Shown here: positions 1 to 8,500 of the stretch, piece by piece
How positions within the stretch are numbered: position 1 is the first letter of the stretch
Layout: each line of letters opens with the position of its first letter
IMG/VR virus record: IMGVR_UViG_3300046028_005144
Location: 1 to 24,568 of that record
Direction: 5' to 3' (one strand)
DNA length: 24,568 nucleotides
Origin: a virus
Taxonomy: Duplodnaviria; Caudoviricetes
Notes under the pieces: model-generated
Databases searched by the model: none
Seen by the model: only the letters and a program-made list of their open reading frames with translations
Told to the model about the DNA's origin: nothing
Program-made: the position numbers and the translations under genes

Positions 1-1
1 A

Positions 2-457
2 GACGTAATGCAGAAGATTATTCTTGCATTGCCAAGGAAGTACCGTGCACTTAAGAGCAATCTTAAGTTCTACGCTGGTACAGACGCATTCCAGGGAATC
101 GTTAAGAATAACGGAACCCTATCAGATGCAATTGCCGAGGCACTAGGTCAGAACGGTAACACCCAGGCTAATACCCAGGCTTACCTTGACGGCCAGGGCC
201 AGACATTCGGTGGTGCCCGCACTACCCGTGTTCTAGGCATCGATGTTCAGGAAGTTCCTTACTACCCTGCAGGATATGTAGACCTTACATTCCCACAGAA
301 CCGTGTATGGGGTTTCCAGAGAGACATCACTGTTAACCGTCAGTATGTTCCTAAGAAGGACACCATTGAGTACACCGTATTCGTACGTTTCGGTATTCAG
401 TGGGAAGAAGAGGACGCAATTGCGTTCGCTGACGCAAACGCTTCAGACCCTTCATAA
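2..457 (+). CDS. Major capsid protein, C-terminal part (truncated at window start)
   Basis: Frame is open from base 2. The C-terminus 'RVLGIDVQEVPYYP...VWGFQRDITVNRQYVPKKDTIEYTVFVRFGIQWEEEDAI' matches the typical end of HK97-fold capsid proteins. It is followed by a terminator and head-completion genes. Confidence 0.88.
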   Translation, partial: DVMQKIILALPRKYRALKSNLKFYAGTDAFQGIVKNNGTLSDAIAEALGQNGNTQANTQAYLDGQGQTFGGARTTRVLGIDVQEVPYYPAGYVDLTFPQNRVWGFQRDITVNRQYVPKKDTIEYTVFVRFGIQWEEEDAIAFADANASDPS

Positions 458-474
458 GTCTAAAGCAACCTACT

Positions 475-512
475 AAAAGGGGGCAGGTGAGTAAAATCTC
501 CTGCTCCCTTTT
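475..512 (+). terminator. Intrinsic terminator after capsid gene
   Basis: AAAAGGGGGCAGG (475-487) pairs with CCTGCTCCCTTTT (500-512) with one G-U pair. GC-rich stem ending in a T-run. Confidence 0.8.
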
Positions 513-520
513 CTAATATC

Positions 521-532
521 TGTTATAATTAA
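521..532 (+). promoter_or_regulatory. Extended -10 promoter TGTTATAATTAA
   Basis: TGn-TATAAT just downstream of the terminator and upstream of RBS AAGGAGA (541-547). The same 12-mer pattern recurs at 3576, 5130 and 23416. Confidence 0.75.
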
Positions 533-552
533 AGGTAAAGAAGGAGACACTC

Positions 553-975
553 ATGTCCGAAAAAAATAATTCAGAATTTAAAGATGTACCTCTTGCCAAG
601 TTAGAAGACGGCGAAGCTCTTATTCCTCACCTACTTATAGAAAAATATAAAGAAGCCGTAAAGGCTCAAGAAGAACGCAATGACGTAATTTCTTCAGATA
701 AGATGGCTACTAGCCCAAATGTATCCGTTGTGTCTAATGACGACAATGTAATTGGTTCTGGAAGTGCAGACAAAAAAGAAGCTGCCAAGCCAAGCTCAGC
801 TAGTGAAAAAGAAACAGTTGCGGTATATTCTACAAAGAATGTTACTTGGTCTGGGGTGGGCCAGGTTTCCAAAGGGTATAACATTGTCACCAAGCAGGCT
901 GCAGAAAAATGGGCAACACGTGACCACATTAGGATTGCAACCCCAGAAGAAGTTGCGAGAGATTTCGGTAAGTAA
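553..975 (+). CDS. Hypothetical virion-associated protein (low-complexity N-terminus, compact C-terminal domain)
   Basis: 140-aa ORF with strong RBS AAGGAG and a TAATG overlap with the next gene. Lies between capsid and adaptor genes. Confidence 0.8.
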   Translation: MSEKNNSEFKDVPLAKLEDGEALIPHLLIEKYKEAVKAQEERNDVISSDKMATSPNVSVVSNDDNVIGSGSADKKEAAKPSSASEKETVAVYSTKNVTWSGVGQVSKGYNIVTKQAAEKWATRDHIRIATPEEVARDFGK

Positions 976-1868
976 TGGAATTATTAAGACTAGCTCCGCA
1001 CGATGACCTAACTTTAAATTTTGTAGTACCAGAATGGTACACTGAAGAAACAGACTTTTACATAAGGGTCACAGATCTTTCCGACTTGTCTGAGGTTGTT
1101 ACGGATCATACTGGTGAGGCGGGCGACAGTTTTTCTTATACACTTCCTGGAAAATATGATGGCGACTATAGGGTAGAGTTTGACGCTGTAAACGGAGTAG
1201 ATGTTCTACTTTATGATGAAACAACAGAGCTTGTTAGACCTTATGTGGATCCATACACTCTTGGTACAACTGCCTCAGAGATTGCAGAATATACCAGGTA
1301 TGAAGAAATTGCCAGAGCTGTTATTGATTCGGTTATTCCAGAAGGCTTTTACTACAAAAAGAAAACTTTAGAGGTTGTTGGTCTTGGAGCAGACTATATA
1401 CCTTTATGGTGGGATGCAAAAAGAATCTTGTCTGTATACGAAAATAACGAATTGGTTACAGACCGAACTTATGAAATAACCAGAGACAAAACAGCTATCA
1501 CAGAGGTTGCTATAGACAGGGTTAATAGAAACGAACAGGCTCCTCTAATTTTGCCAGCTGCTGGCTCAGACCTTGTAGACGCCAACCTGCCGCCTCTACG
1601 AGGCTTTCCTAATGGATACGACTATAAGTTTGTTTTAGAGGTGGGATACCCTACAGTGCCCTCAGACATCGTTAGAGCAGCAACTCTGCTGATTGATGAC
1701 ATCAAGTGTGGCAGAAATGACTATTACCAAAGATATATTTCTGCATATAATACAGACCAGTTTAGACTACAGTTTGATAGCAGGGTATTTGAGGGAACAG
1801 GAAATATTATAGTAGACAAGATACTTTCAAAGTATGCTAAGTCTATTACTAGACTTGGAGTCTTATAA
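975..1868 (+). CDS. Putative head-to-tail adaptor/connector
   Basis: 297 aa. Position after the capsid gene, plus the C-terminal 'VGYPTVPSDIVRAATLLI...IVDKILSKY' pattern typical of gp15/gp6-type adaptors. Confidence 0.7.
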   Translation: MELLRLAPHDDLTLNFVVPEWYTEETDFYIRVTDLSDLSEVVTDHTGEAGDSFSYTLPGKYDGDYRVEFDAVNGVDVLLYDETTELVRPYVDPYTLGTTASEIAEYTRYEEIARAVIDSVIPEGFYYKKKTLEVVGLGADYIPLWWDAKRILSVYENNELVTDRTYEITRDKTAITEVAIDRVNRNEQAPLILPAAGSDLVDANLPPLRGFPNGYDYKFVLEVGYPTVPSDIVRAATLLIDDIKCGRNDYYQRYISAYNTDQFRLQFDSRVFEGTGNIIVDKILSKYAKSITRLGVL

Positions 1869-2317
1869 TGGCTACCTGCGAAAATACCTCAATAGTTTTT
1901 CCAATGCTTGCAGACATCTACTACCCCATTGTAGATCAGGGGGCTTACGGTAATGTTAAGAAAAACTGGATTCATGATAAGACTATTGCCTGTAACTTTA
2001 GTTCTGCTGGTGCAGCTTTTAAAGAAGATGTAAAGCCAAATGCAAACATTACTCAAGACACAATTATGCTGGGTAGGGCAAAAACAGATATCAGGTTTTC
2101 AACCAATAAGGATCAGAACTCCATTACAAACGTGATTGTAACAAACATTAAAGACAAGACTCTTAACGAAATATACGTTGAGACTGCTGGACCACGTGCA
2201 GGAAAATCAACGCTTTTTGAGGTAGCTACCGTAGAGCCATATACTGGCCCTTTTGGATCAGTAGAATATTACAGAATAGTTCTTCGTAGATCAGAGAATC
2301 AGGCGGCAGACCTATGA
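1868..2317 (+). CDS. Putative head closure (stopper) protein
   Basis: 149-aa beta-rich ORF directly after the adaptor, ending 'FEVATVEPYTGPFGSVEYYRIVLRR'. TAATG coupling. Confidence 0.6.
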   Translation: MATCENTSIVFPMLADIYYPIVDQGAYGNVKKNWIHDKTIACNFSSAGAAFKEDVKPNANITQDTIMLGRAKTDIRFSTNKDQNSITNVIVTNIKDKTLNEIYVETAGPRAGKSTLFEVATVEPYTGPFGSVEYYRIVLRRSENQAADL

Positions 2318-2991
2318 GAGTTAAGTTTGATGGAAGACAATTTGGTAAAGACATGAAAAACATGATGGATTATTCTTCTGGATTTTTAGACGGCATTCAG
2401 ATGGGTAAGCAGCAGCTAATGCATTCCTTGGGAGTTCAGACAGTAGAAATTCTAAAGAGCTACATAGACTCTAATGCAAAAGTAAATCCTTCAATACTAC
2501 ATCACGTATACGAGTGGCACAAGGCTGGAAGTCCTAGTGCAAGACTTTACGACATAAGCTATACTGTAAGCAACCTAGGCCTCTCGTTTGGCTCATCTTT
2601 TAGGCAGTCTACTACAGTTCAGAATGGATCGAATACTCCTTTTTACGATAAGGCAAGAATTATGGAAGAAGGCATTCCTGTCACTATCGTTCCAGTAAAT
2701 GCTCAGGCCCTGAGATATTTTGATGATGGAGAAGAGGTTTTTTCAAAAGGACCAATATATGTTCAAAATCCTGGAGGAAAGACTGAAGGAAAGTTTCAAG
2801 AAGTTTTTGACAACTTCTTTAATAAGTATTTTACTCAAGCTTTTTTAAGGGCTAGTGGTATGGCAGCCTATCTAGAAAACCCCACAGTATATAAAAAGAA
2901 CTTGGCAAAAGGAAAAAGAACTGGCAAGCCTGGTGGAGTTTCTACTGGATATCGCTGGGTAGCAAATGCGGGGGTGGCAAAGATTGGCTAA
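2314..2991 (+). CDS. Putative neck/tail-completion protein (HK97 gp10-like position)
   Basis: 225 aa with ATGA overlap. The 'ARIMEEG...ALRYF...VFSKGPIYVQNPG' pattern and synteny fit this class. Confidence 0.55.
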   Translation: MRVKFDGRQFGKDMKNMMDYSSGFLDGIQMGKQQLMHSLGVQTVEILKSYIDSNAKVNPSILHHVYEWHKAGSPSARLYDISYTVSNLGLSFGSSFRQSTTVQNGSNTPFYDKARIMEEGIPVTIVPVNAQALRYFDDGEEVFSKGPIYVQNPGGKTEGKFQEVFDNFFNKYFTQAFLRASGMAAYLENPTVYKKNLAKGKRTGKPGGVSTGYRWVANAGVAKIG

Positions 2992-3568
2992 TAACTCACT
3001 ATTAAATACCCCAGTTTTATGGGTAAATAAATATTTACAAAGCAAGATTCTTGAGGGCACTAGCCTAGACACCCCCTTTTTCCCAACACTGCCATCAACA
3101 ATCAACGACCTAACCTCATATTTTCCAACTGGTGGAACAATGGCAACTTGGGATAGGCTAATTAAAATGAATAGAAGAAGTTTTCCACACATTAAATGTG
3201 AACAGGTAATGTATTACTTCTATGCTAATGGAGAAAACCCTATTGAAAAAATGGTTCAAATTCAAGAACAGACGCTAAGATTAATGGACCGTGGAGACGA
3301 AACTGCGGAAGAAGTAAACAATTGGTGCTCAAATAGGCAGGTAAACATAGGAACTTCTCAAAATCCAGACCTAATAGACAACATGTTCTACTTTCACAAC
3401 TTTAAGGTATATCAGCTAGAGGAGTCCAGAGACATTATTGACTTCGGAACAGCCAGAACTTATGGCGGAAACAAGATAATTATTGAGTATGACTATCACC
3501 AGATGCCAGAATTAACTAATAATGACTGGGTTCCAGAACAAAGGCTAATAACAAAACAAGTTATTTAA
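2984..3568 (+). CDS. Putative tail terminator protein
   Basis: ORF immediately before the tail tube. TTG at 2984 is preferred to ATG at 2966 because SD-like GGGGTGG (2971-2977) lies 6 nt upstream. Function inferred from synteny. Confidence 0.55.
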   Translation: MANNSLLNTPVLWVNKYLQSKILEGTSLDTPFFPTLPSTINDLTSYFPTGGTMATWDRLIKMNRRSFPHIKCEQVMYYFYANGENPIEKMVQIQEQTLRLMDRGDETAEEVNNWCSNRQVNIGTSQNPDLIDNMFYFHNFKVYQLEESRDIIDFGTARTYGGNKIIIEYDYHQMPELTNNDWVPEQRLITKQVI

Positions 3569-3575
3569 AATAGGC

Positions 3576-3587
3576 TGATATAATTAA
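3576..3587 (+). promoter_or_regulatory. Extended -10 promoter TGATATAATTAA for tail tube gene
   Basis: Matches the recurring TGnTATAATTAA motif and is intergenic. Confidence 0.72.
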
Positions 3588-3634
3588 TTTTGAGGAAACA
3601 CGCCTATTATCTAAAAAAAGAAGAGGTGAATTAC

Positions 3635-4345
3635 ATGGCTAATTACAAAAGAGGTGAAGCCACCAACATTATTGTTGGTGCAGCTGCTTTGTTTACGTAC
3701 GAAGGAGGAGTCTTAACAGACGAATTACTTCCAGATTACGAAGCTGAAGGAACTGTTGGAAATACAACAGGAACATACCGCCAAACGCTATCGAGTACAG
3801 CTGCAGTAACTGCTGGATTCCGTAACGTTGGCTACACCATGAACGGTTTGGAAATTCAATTCCAGCCAGACTTTGGTGAAGTACAGGTTGATCAGGTGCT
3901 TGACGTTGCAAAGCTATACAAGCAGGGTATGCAGGTTAACCTGAATACTGCTTTTGCTGAAGCGACACTAGAGAACTTGTTGTTCTCATTGGCTGGTAGA
4001 GACGAAGATCTAACTACTGGTGCTAAGAACCTAGATGGAACAACAAACTCCACTAATGGAATCACGGCGGGGTCTCAGATGCTAAACATGTCTGCTGGTG
4101 ACATTGGAGAATGTCCAGTAGAGCGTGGTCTAGTAGCTGTTGGTCCAGGTACAGGTAACTGTGACCCAACCGAGGAGATTGAGCGTATTTACGTTGCATA
4201 CCGTGCACTTTCAATTGAGAGCGTTACAGTATCCGCAAAGCGTGACGAGCCGACAATGTACGAAGTTTCATTCCGTCTACTGCCTAACAGTGATGCATCC
4301 TACGGTAAAATCGTAGACCGCACCATTCCAAACATAGTATCGTAA
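3635..4345 (+). CDS. Major tail (tube) protein
   Basis: ATG at 3635 after SD GAGGTG. 'NIIVGAAALF...VGYTMNGLEIQFQPDFGEVQVDQ...LNTAFAEATLENL' is a siphophage tail-tube pattern. Followed by a terminator, chaperones and the tape measure. Confidence 0.88.
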   Translation: MANYKRGEATNIIVGAAALFTYEGGVLTDELLPDYEAEGTVGNTTGTYRQTLSSTAAVTAGFRNVGYTMNGLEIQFQPDFGEVQVDQVLDVAKLYKQGMQVNLNTAFAEATLENLLFSLAGRDEDLTTGAKNLDGTTNSTNGITAGSQMLNMSAGDIGECPVERGLVAVGPGTGNCDPTEEIERIYVAYRALSIESVTVSAKRDEPTMYEVSFRLLPNSDASYGKIVDRTIPNIVS

Positions 4346-4360
4346 TATAACTTAACAATA

Positions 4361-4401
4361 CAGAGTTACCCAGTCTTTTTAGGCTGGGTAATTTTGTTTT
4401 T
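4361..4401 (+). terminator. Intrinsic terminator after tail tube gene
   Basis: CAGAGTTACCCAGTCT-TTTT-AGGCTGGGTAATTTTG forms a 16-bp stem with three G-U pairs, followed by TTTTT. Confidence 0.85.
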
Positions 4402-4402
4402 G

Positions 4403-4417
4403 CGGTATACTTATATA
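4403..4417 (+). promoter_or_regulatory. -10 element (CGG-TATACT) for a probable leaderless transcript
   Basis: TATACT at 4406-4411 ends 6 nt before ATG 4418. No SD between the terminator and the ATG. Confidence 0.6.
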
Positions 4418-5119
4418 ATGGCAACATCAGTATATAAAACAGGAAAAGTAGTCTTAGTTGACGGTACAGAAATTGAGCTATCTCCGTTAAAACTAAAATA
4501 TCTAAGAGAGTTTATGGAAGCCTTTGAGCTTGTAAAAACGGCAGATAATGACGAAGAAGCAATTATCTTTTTATCAAACTGTGCAGCTATTTCTATGAAA
4601 CAGCATTGTCCAGAAATATCCACTATTGATAAGCTAGAAGATTCTGTGGATTTGCAGGGAATATATAAAATCCTAGAGGTGTCTGCAGGAATAAAAATTA
4701 ATGAAGAGTCCGAAGAGCCAGTAAAAGAACAAGCAAAAGATAGTGGCTCTTCTTGGGAAAAACTTGATTTAGCCAAGCTTGAGTCTGAGGTTTTCTTGCT
4801 AGGAATCTGGAAAGATTATCAGCAACTAGAGCTTTCCCTTTCCATGCCAGAACTCCTGATAACTCTAGAATCAAAGAGAGAGCTTGACTATCAAGAGAAA
4901 AAGTTCTTAGCTGCTATTCAGGGGGTAGACATAGATAAGAACAACGCAGAGTCTTCAGGAAACAAGTGGGAAGAGATGAAGGCTAGGGTCTTTAGTGGTG
5001 GTAAGGCAAAAGATGGAAATGACGTTCTAGCTTTGCAAGGCGTGAATGCTAGAAATGCTGGGTTTGGTATTGGAATGGGCCTTGGATACGAAGATTTGAC
5101 TAAAAAGCCTAAAAAATAA
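4418..5119 (+). CDS. Tail assembly chaperone, long (G-T-like fused) form
   Basis: 233 aa from ATG 4418. The first ~105 aa align by eye with the whole of 5174..5494, followed by a ~120-aa C-terminal extension. Located between tail tube and tape measure. Confidence 0.72.
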   Translation: MATSVYKTGKVVLVDGTEIELSPLKLKYLREFMEAFELVKTADNDEEAIIFLSNCAAISMKQHCPEISTIDKLEDSVDLQGIYKILEVSAGIKINEESEEPVKEQAKDSGSSWEKLDLAKLESEVFLLGIWKDYQQLELSLSMPELLITLESKRELDYQEKKFLAAIQGVDIDKNNAESSGNKWEEMKARVFSGGKAKDGNDVLALQGVNARNAGFGIGMGLGYEDLTKKPKK

Positions 5120-5129
5120 AAGGTTTTTA

Positions 5130-5141
5130 TGTTATAATTAA
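5130..5141 (+). promoter_or_regulatory. Extended -10 promoter TGTTATAATTAA
   Basis: Identical to 521-532. Upstream of SD GGAAGGAA and ATG 5174. Confidence 0.75.
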
Positions 5142-5173
5142 TAAAAGCCTCATAGCGGAAGGAACATTAAAAT

Positions 5174-5494
5174 ATGAGTACAGAAGTATACGAAGAGAAA
5201 ACAATTAAGTTAATTGACGGAACAGAAGTTAAGGTTAGACCCCTAAAGATTTCTTTGCTCCGCCCTTTTATGAAAAAGTTTGAGGGTATTACAGCAGTAG
5301 CAGAAGACAATGACAAGTCTATGAGCCTACTGATGGAATGTGTTCAAATTGCAATGAAGCAGTACAAGCCAGAGATGGCTGAAGATTTAAAGGCTTTGGA
5401 AGATAATCTAGATCTTCCAACAGTCTACAAGATTGTCGAAGAGGCATCTGGAGTTAAGCTCTCAGAAGCATCTCTCGGTCTTGTAAATGCCTAA
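5174..5494 (+). CDS. Tail assembly chaperone, short (G-like) form
   Basis: 106 aa, immediately upstream of the tape measure. Paralog of the N-terminal half of 4418..5119. Confidence 0.75.
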   Translation: MSTEVYEEKTIKLIDGTEVKVRPLKISLLRPFMKKFEGITAVAEDNDKSMSLLMECVQIAMKQYKPEMAEDLKALEDNLDLPTVYKIVEEASGVKLSEASLGLVNA

Positions 5495-5513
5495 GTAAAG
5501 AGGGTGCTAGTGG

Positions 5514-8500
5514 ATGGCTGAAGACGCCAATGCCAGAATAAGAGTCGATATTGATACGGCTGCAGCTCTGGCCAATATCAAGAATCTTCAAAGGCAAATA
5601 TCAGCCTTCCACACATCCCTAGCAAAATCTGGTGGTACAGCTGCTGCATCCTCAATGCAACTGCAGAACAGCTTAATCAATGGTTTAAATAAGACTGGCC
5701 AATTTTCTGCTGGTATAAAAACTATAAAAACCACTACAGATTCTTTTACAAACTCCCTTCAAAAAAATAAACTCTCTATGGGAGAGTACTTTAGGTATTC
5801 TGCTGCAGCCACAAAAAGCTTTGGAAGATTCTTCTCGTCTGAGTTTGACACAATAAATAAAGTCGCACGTGAACGTGTTAAGGATTTGCAGACCCAATAT
5901 ATTAAAATGGGTAGAGATGCAAATGGTGCCATGCGAGCAATTGCCGTCAGGCCTCTTGCTTTGGATATGGAAAATCTGGCAACAAAAACACAGATCGCTG
6001 CACAACGTCAAGCCCTTCTTAACCAGATGCTTAAGCAAGGTTCTACTAACCTTCTAAACTTCGGTAAGAATACTCAGTGGGCTGGTAGACAGCTTATGGT
6101 TGGTTTTACTGTACCGCTAATAATGCTTGGTAGTGTTGCTGCTAAAACATTCATGGACATGGAAAAGCAGGCTGTAAGATTTAAACGTGTCTATGGTGAA
6201 ATGTTTACCACAACAGAGGAAACAAACAAGGCTCTTCAAGACATTAAAAATCTTGCAAATGAATTTACTAAATACGGGGTTGCTGTTTCAAAAACAATGG
6301 AGCTTGCGGCCGACATTGCAGCTACTGGTAAGATGGGTGCAGAGCTTACTGCTCAGGTTGCTGAAACAACTAGACTAGCCGTACTTGGTGGGGTAGAACA
6401 GGCAAAAGCCCTAGAAGCCACAATTTCTCTAACAGATGCATTTGGAGTTTCTGCAGATGAGCTAGCAGGAAAAATTGACTTCCTAAACGCTGTTGAAAAC
6501 CAAACAATTACCTCTATTGAAGACTTGACCATTGCTATTCCAAAAGCTGGTCCAGTTGTTCAACAGCTAGGTGGAGATGTAGAAGATCTAACCTTCTTCC
6601 TAACAGCCATGCGTGAGGGTGGTATTAACGCTTCAGAAGGTGCTAACGCACTAAAGTCTGGTCTTGCAGCATTGATTAATCCAACTGGCAAAGCATCTGA
6701 AATGCTTGCAGAGTTTGGAATTAACATCAAAGGCATTGTTGAGGCAAATGCTGGAGACGTAAAGGGACTTGTAGTAGACTTTGCTTCTGCTCTAGATGAC
6801 CTAGACCCACTTGATCGTGCACGAGCAATCGAACAACTATTTGGAAAGTTCCAATTTTCTCGTCTATCTACATTGTTCCAAAACGTTATTAAAGATGGAA
6901 ACCAGGCAAGCCGTGTACTAAAATTATCTAACGCAACCACAGCAGAGCTTGCCGTCCTATCTGAACGAGAAATGAAAAAAATTGAAGACTCTCCAATGTT
7001 TAAATTCCAAAAAGCTTTGGAAGACATTAAGGTAACTTTAGTACCTCTTGGAGAAGCATTCTTAAAAGCTGTCACCCCATTGCTAGAGTTTGGAACCAGT
7101 GTTCTTAAAAAGTTTGATGAGTTAGATGAGGGTGCAAAAGGGTTTGTTGTTGGTCTAACAGCAATTGCTGGAGTAATTGGACCAGTCTTCCTAATGGGTT
7201 TTGGTCTTATTGCCAACGGTGTTGCAAACGTAATTAAGGGATTTGTATTCTTTAAGACTGCAATGAACAAGGCTGGTAGTGCAAGCACACAGCTAGGAAT
7301 GCAAACCGAGTACATGACTCAGCAACAGTTAGAGGCTGCTGCTGTAGCTGCTTCTCTAGATCAGGTTCACTCAAAACTAAGACAGACATTTACTTCAGAA
7401 GCAGCTGCAATAAACGCACTGACTGCTGCTTACGATAGAGCAATCGCAAAACAAATGGCTTTTGCTGGAACTCCGATAGCAGTTGGAAGAGGGGCAAGAT
7501 CCCCCAAGAAGCTTGCATCTGGAATTGTTTCTGTTCCTGGACCAAAGGGTGCTGGAGATATTGTTCCAGCTATGCTATCCCCTGGAGAAGCGGTAATTCC
7601 TGCAGAAAAGGCACAGAAGTATCGTGGATTTATTGAAGCACTTATTTCTGGCAATATTCCTGGATTTACTAAAGGAGTAGGAAGTGTTCCAGCACCAACA
7701 CCTCCAAAACCAGAAAGAGCTTCTAATTATATACAGGGACCATTTGATAAACCTATCGAACAGAGTAAAAAACCACCTTTAACAAACAAAACTGTTACAG
7801 CATACACAAGTGCTACCACTTTCTTGCCAGATGATAAAAATATAAACAACAGACTTGCAAATCCTGGAAACAACCCTGTAACTGGAAAAGAGCTTTCCGC
7901 AGCTTATAAAAAGGGCGGAAAAGGACTTATGATTCCTCTAGTAACAGAAGTAGCAAGGCAGATGGGCCATTCTACTCCGCAAAAACTAGAAGCTGCGATG
8001 AAGAAAAACCCAGCTCTAAAAAGAAATTTTGATAGGTTTGCTGGGGCAGTTTCTACAAGATTTACCTCAGAGTTTGGCAAAATGAAATTTGTCGATGATC
8101 CAAAGTTTGCTTCAACTGCACAAAAAATAGTAAAAGAAGAATCTCAAAACATTAATAAAAAGTTTGCGTCTGCTACAGGAAAAGTTTTAACTAATTACAA
8201 TGCATTTAAGGACAGCTCAGAAAAAATTCTACGACCTAGCGGCCAGGCTGGGGCAAAGCTTAAAGATGTCGGAAGAGCAAGACTCTTCGACAAACAACCG
8301 ATCTATAAAGATCAAATGAGCCAATATAGAGCTAATGCAAAAACGTTCGGCTATGATATTCCAGAAAAACCTGCTAGGGTTCACGTTACTCCAAACAAAC
8401 AGGTTGACCTAAATCAAGTTGCAAAAGGAAAAAATCAGCTATCCATGCCTGCAGAAAGAGCAAGACAAAGGATTAATGCTGGACAGCAAGTCTTCTACGA

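Noticed and set aside
3590-3634. Longer N-terminus of the tail tube (TTG 3590), and likewise 4394 for the long chaperone
   Set aside because: ATG 3635 has a proper SD. The 4394 start lies within the terminator, upstream of the predicted -10.
4755-4763. GGGAAAA slippery-like heptamer at the domain junction of the long chaperone
   Set aside because: It is read as TGG GAA AAA, not in the X XXY YYZ phase, and is explained by Trp-Glu-Lys codons. A -1 shift would hit TGA almost at once. A vestigial role cannot be excluded.
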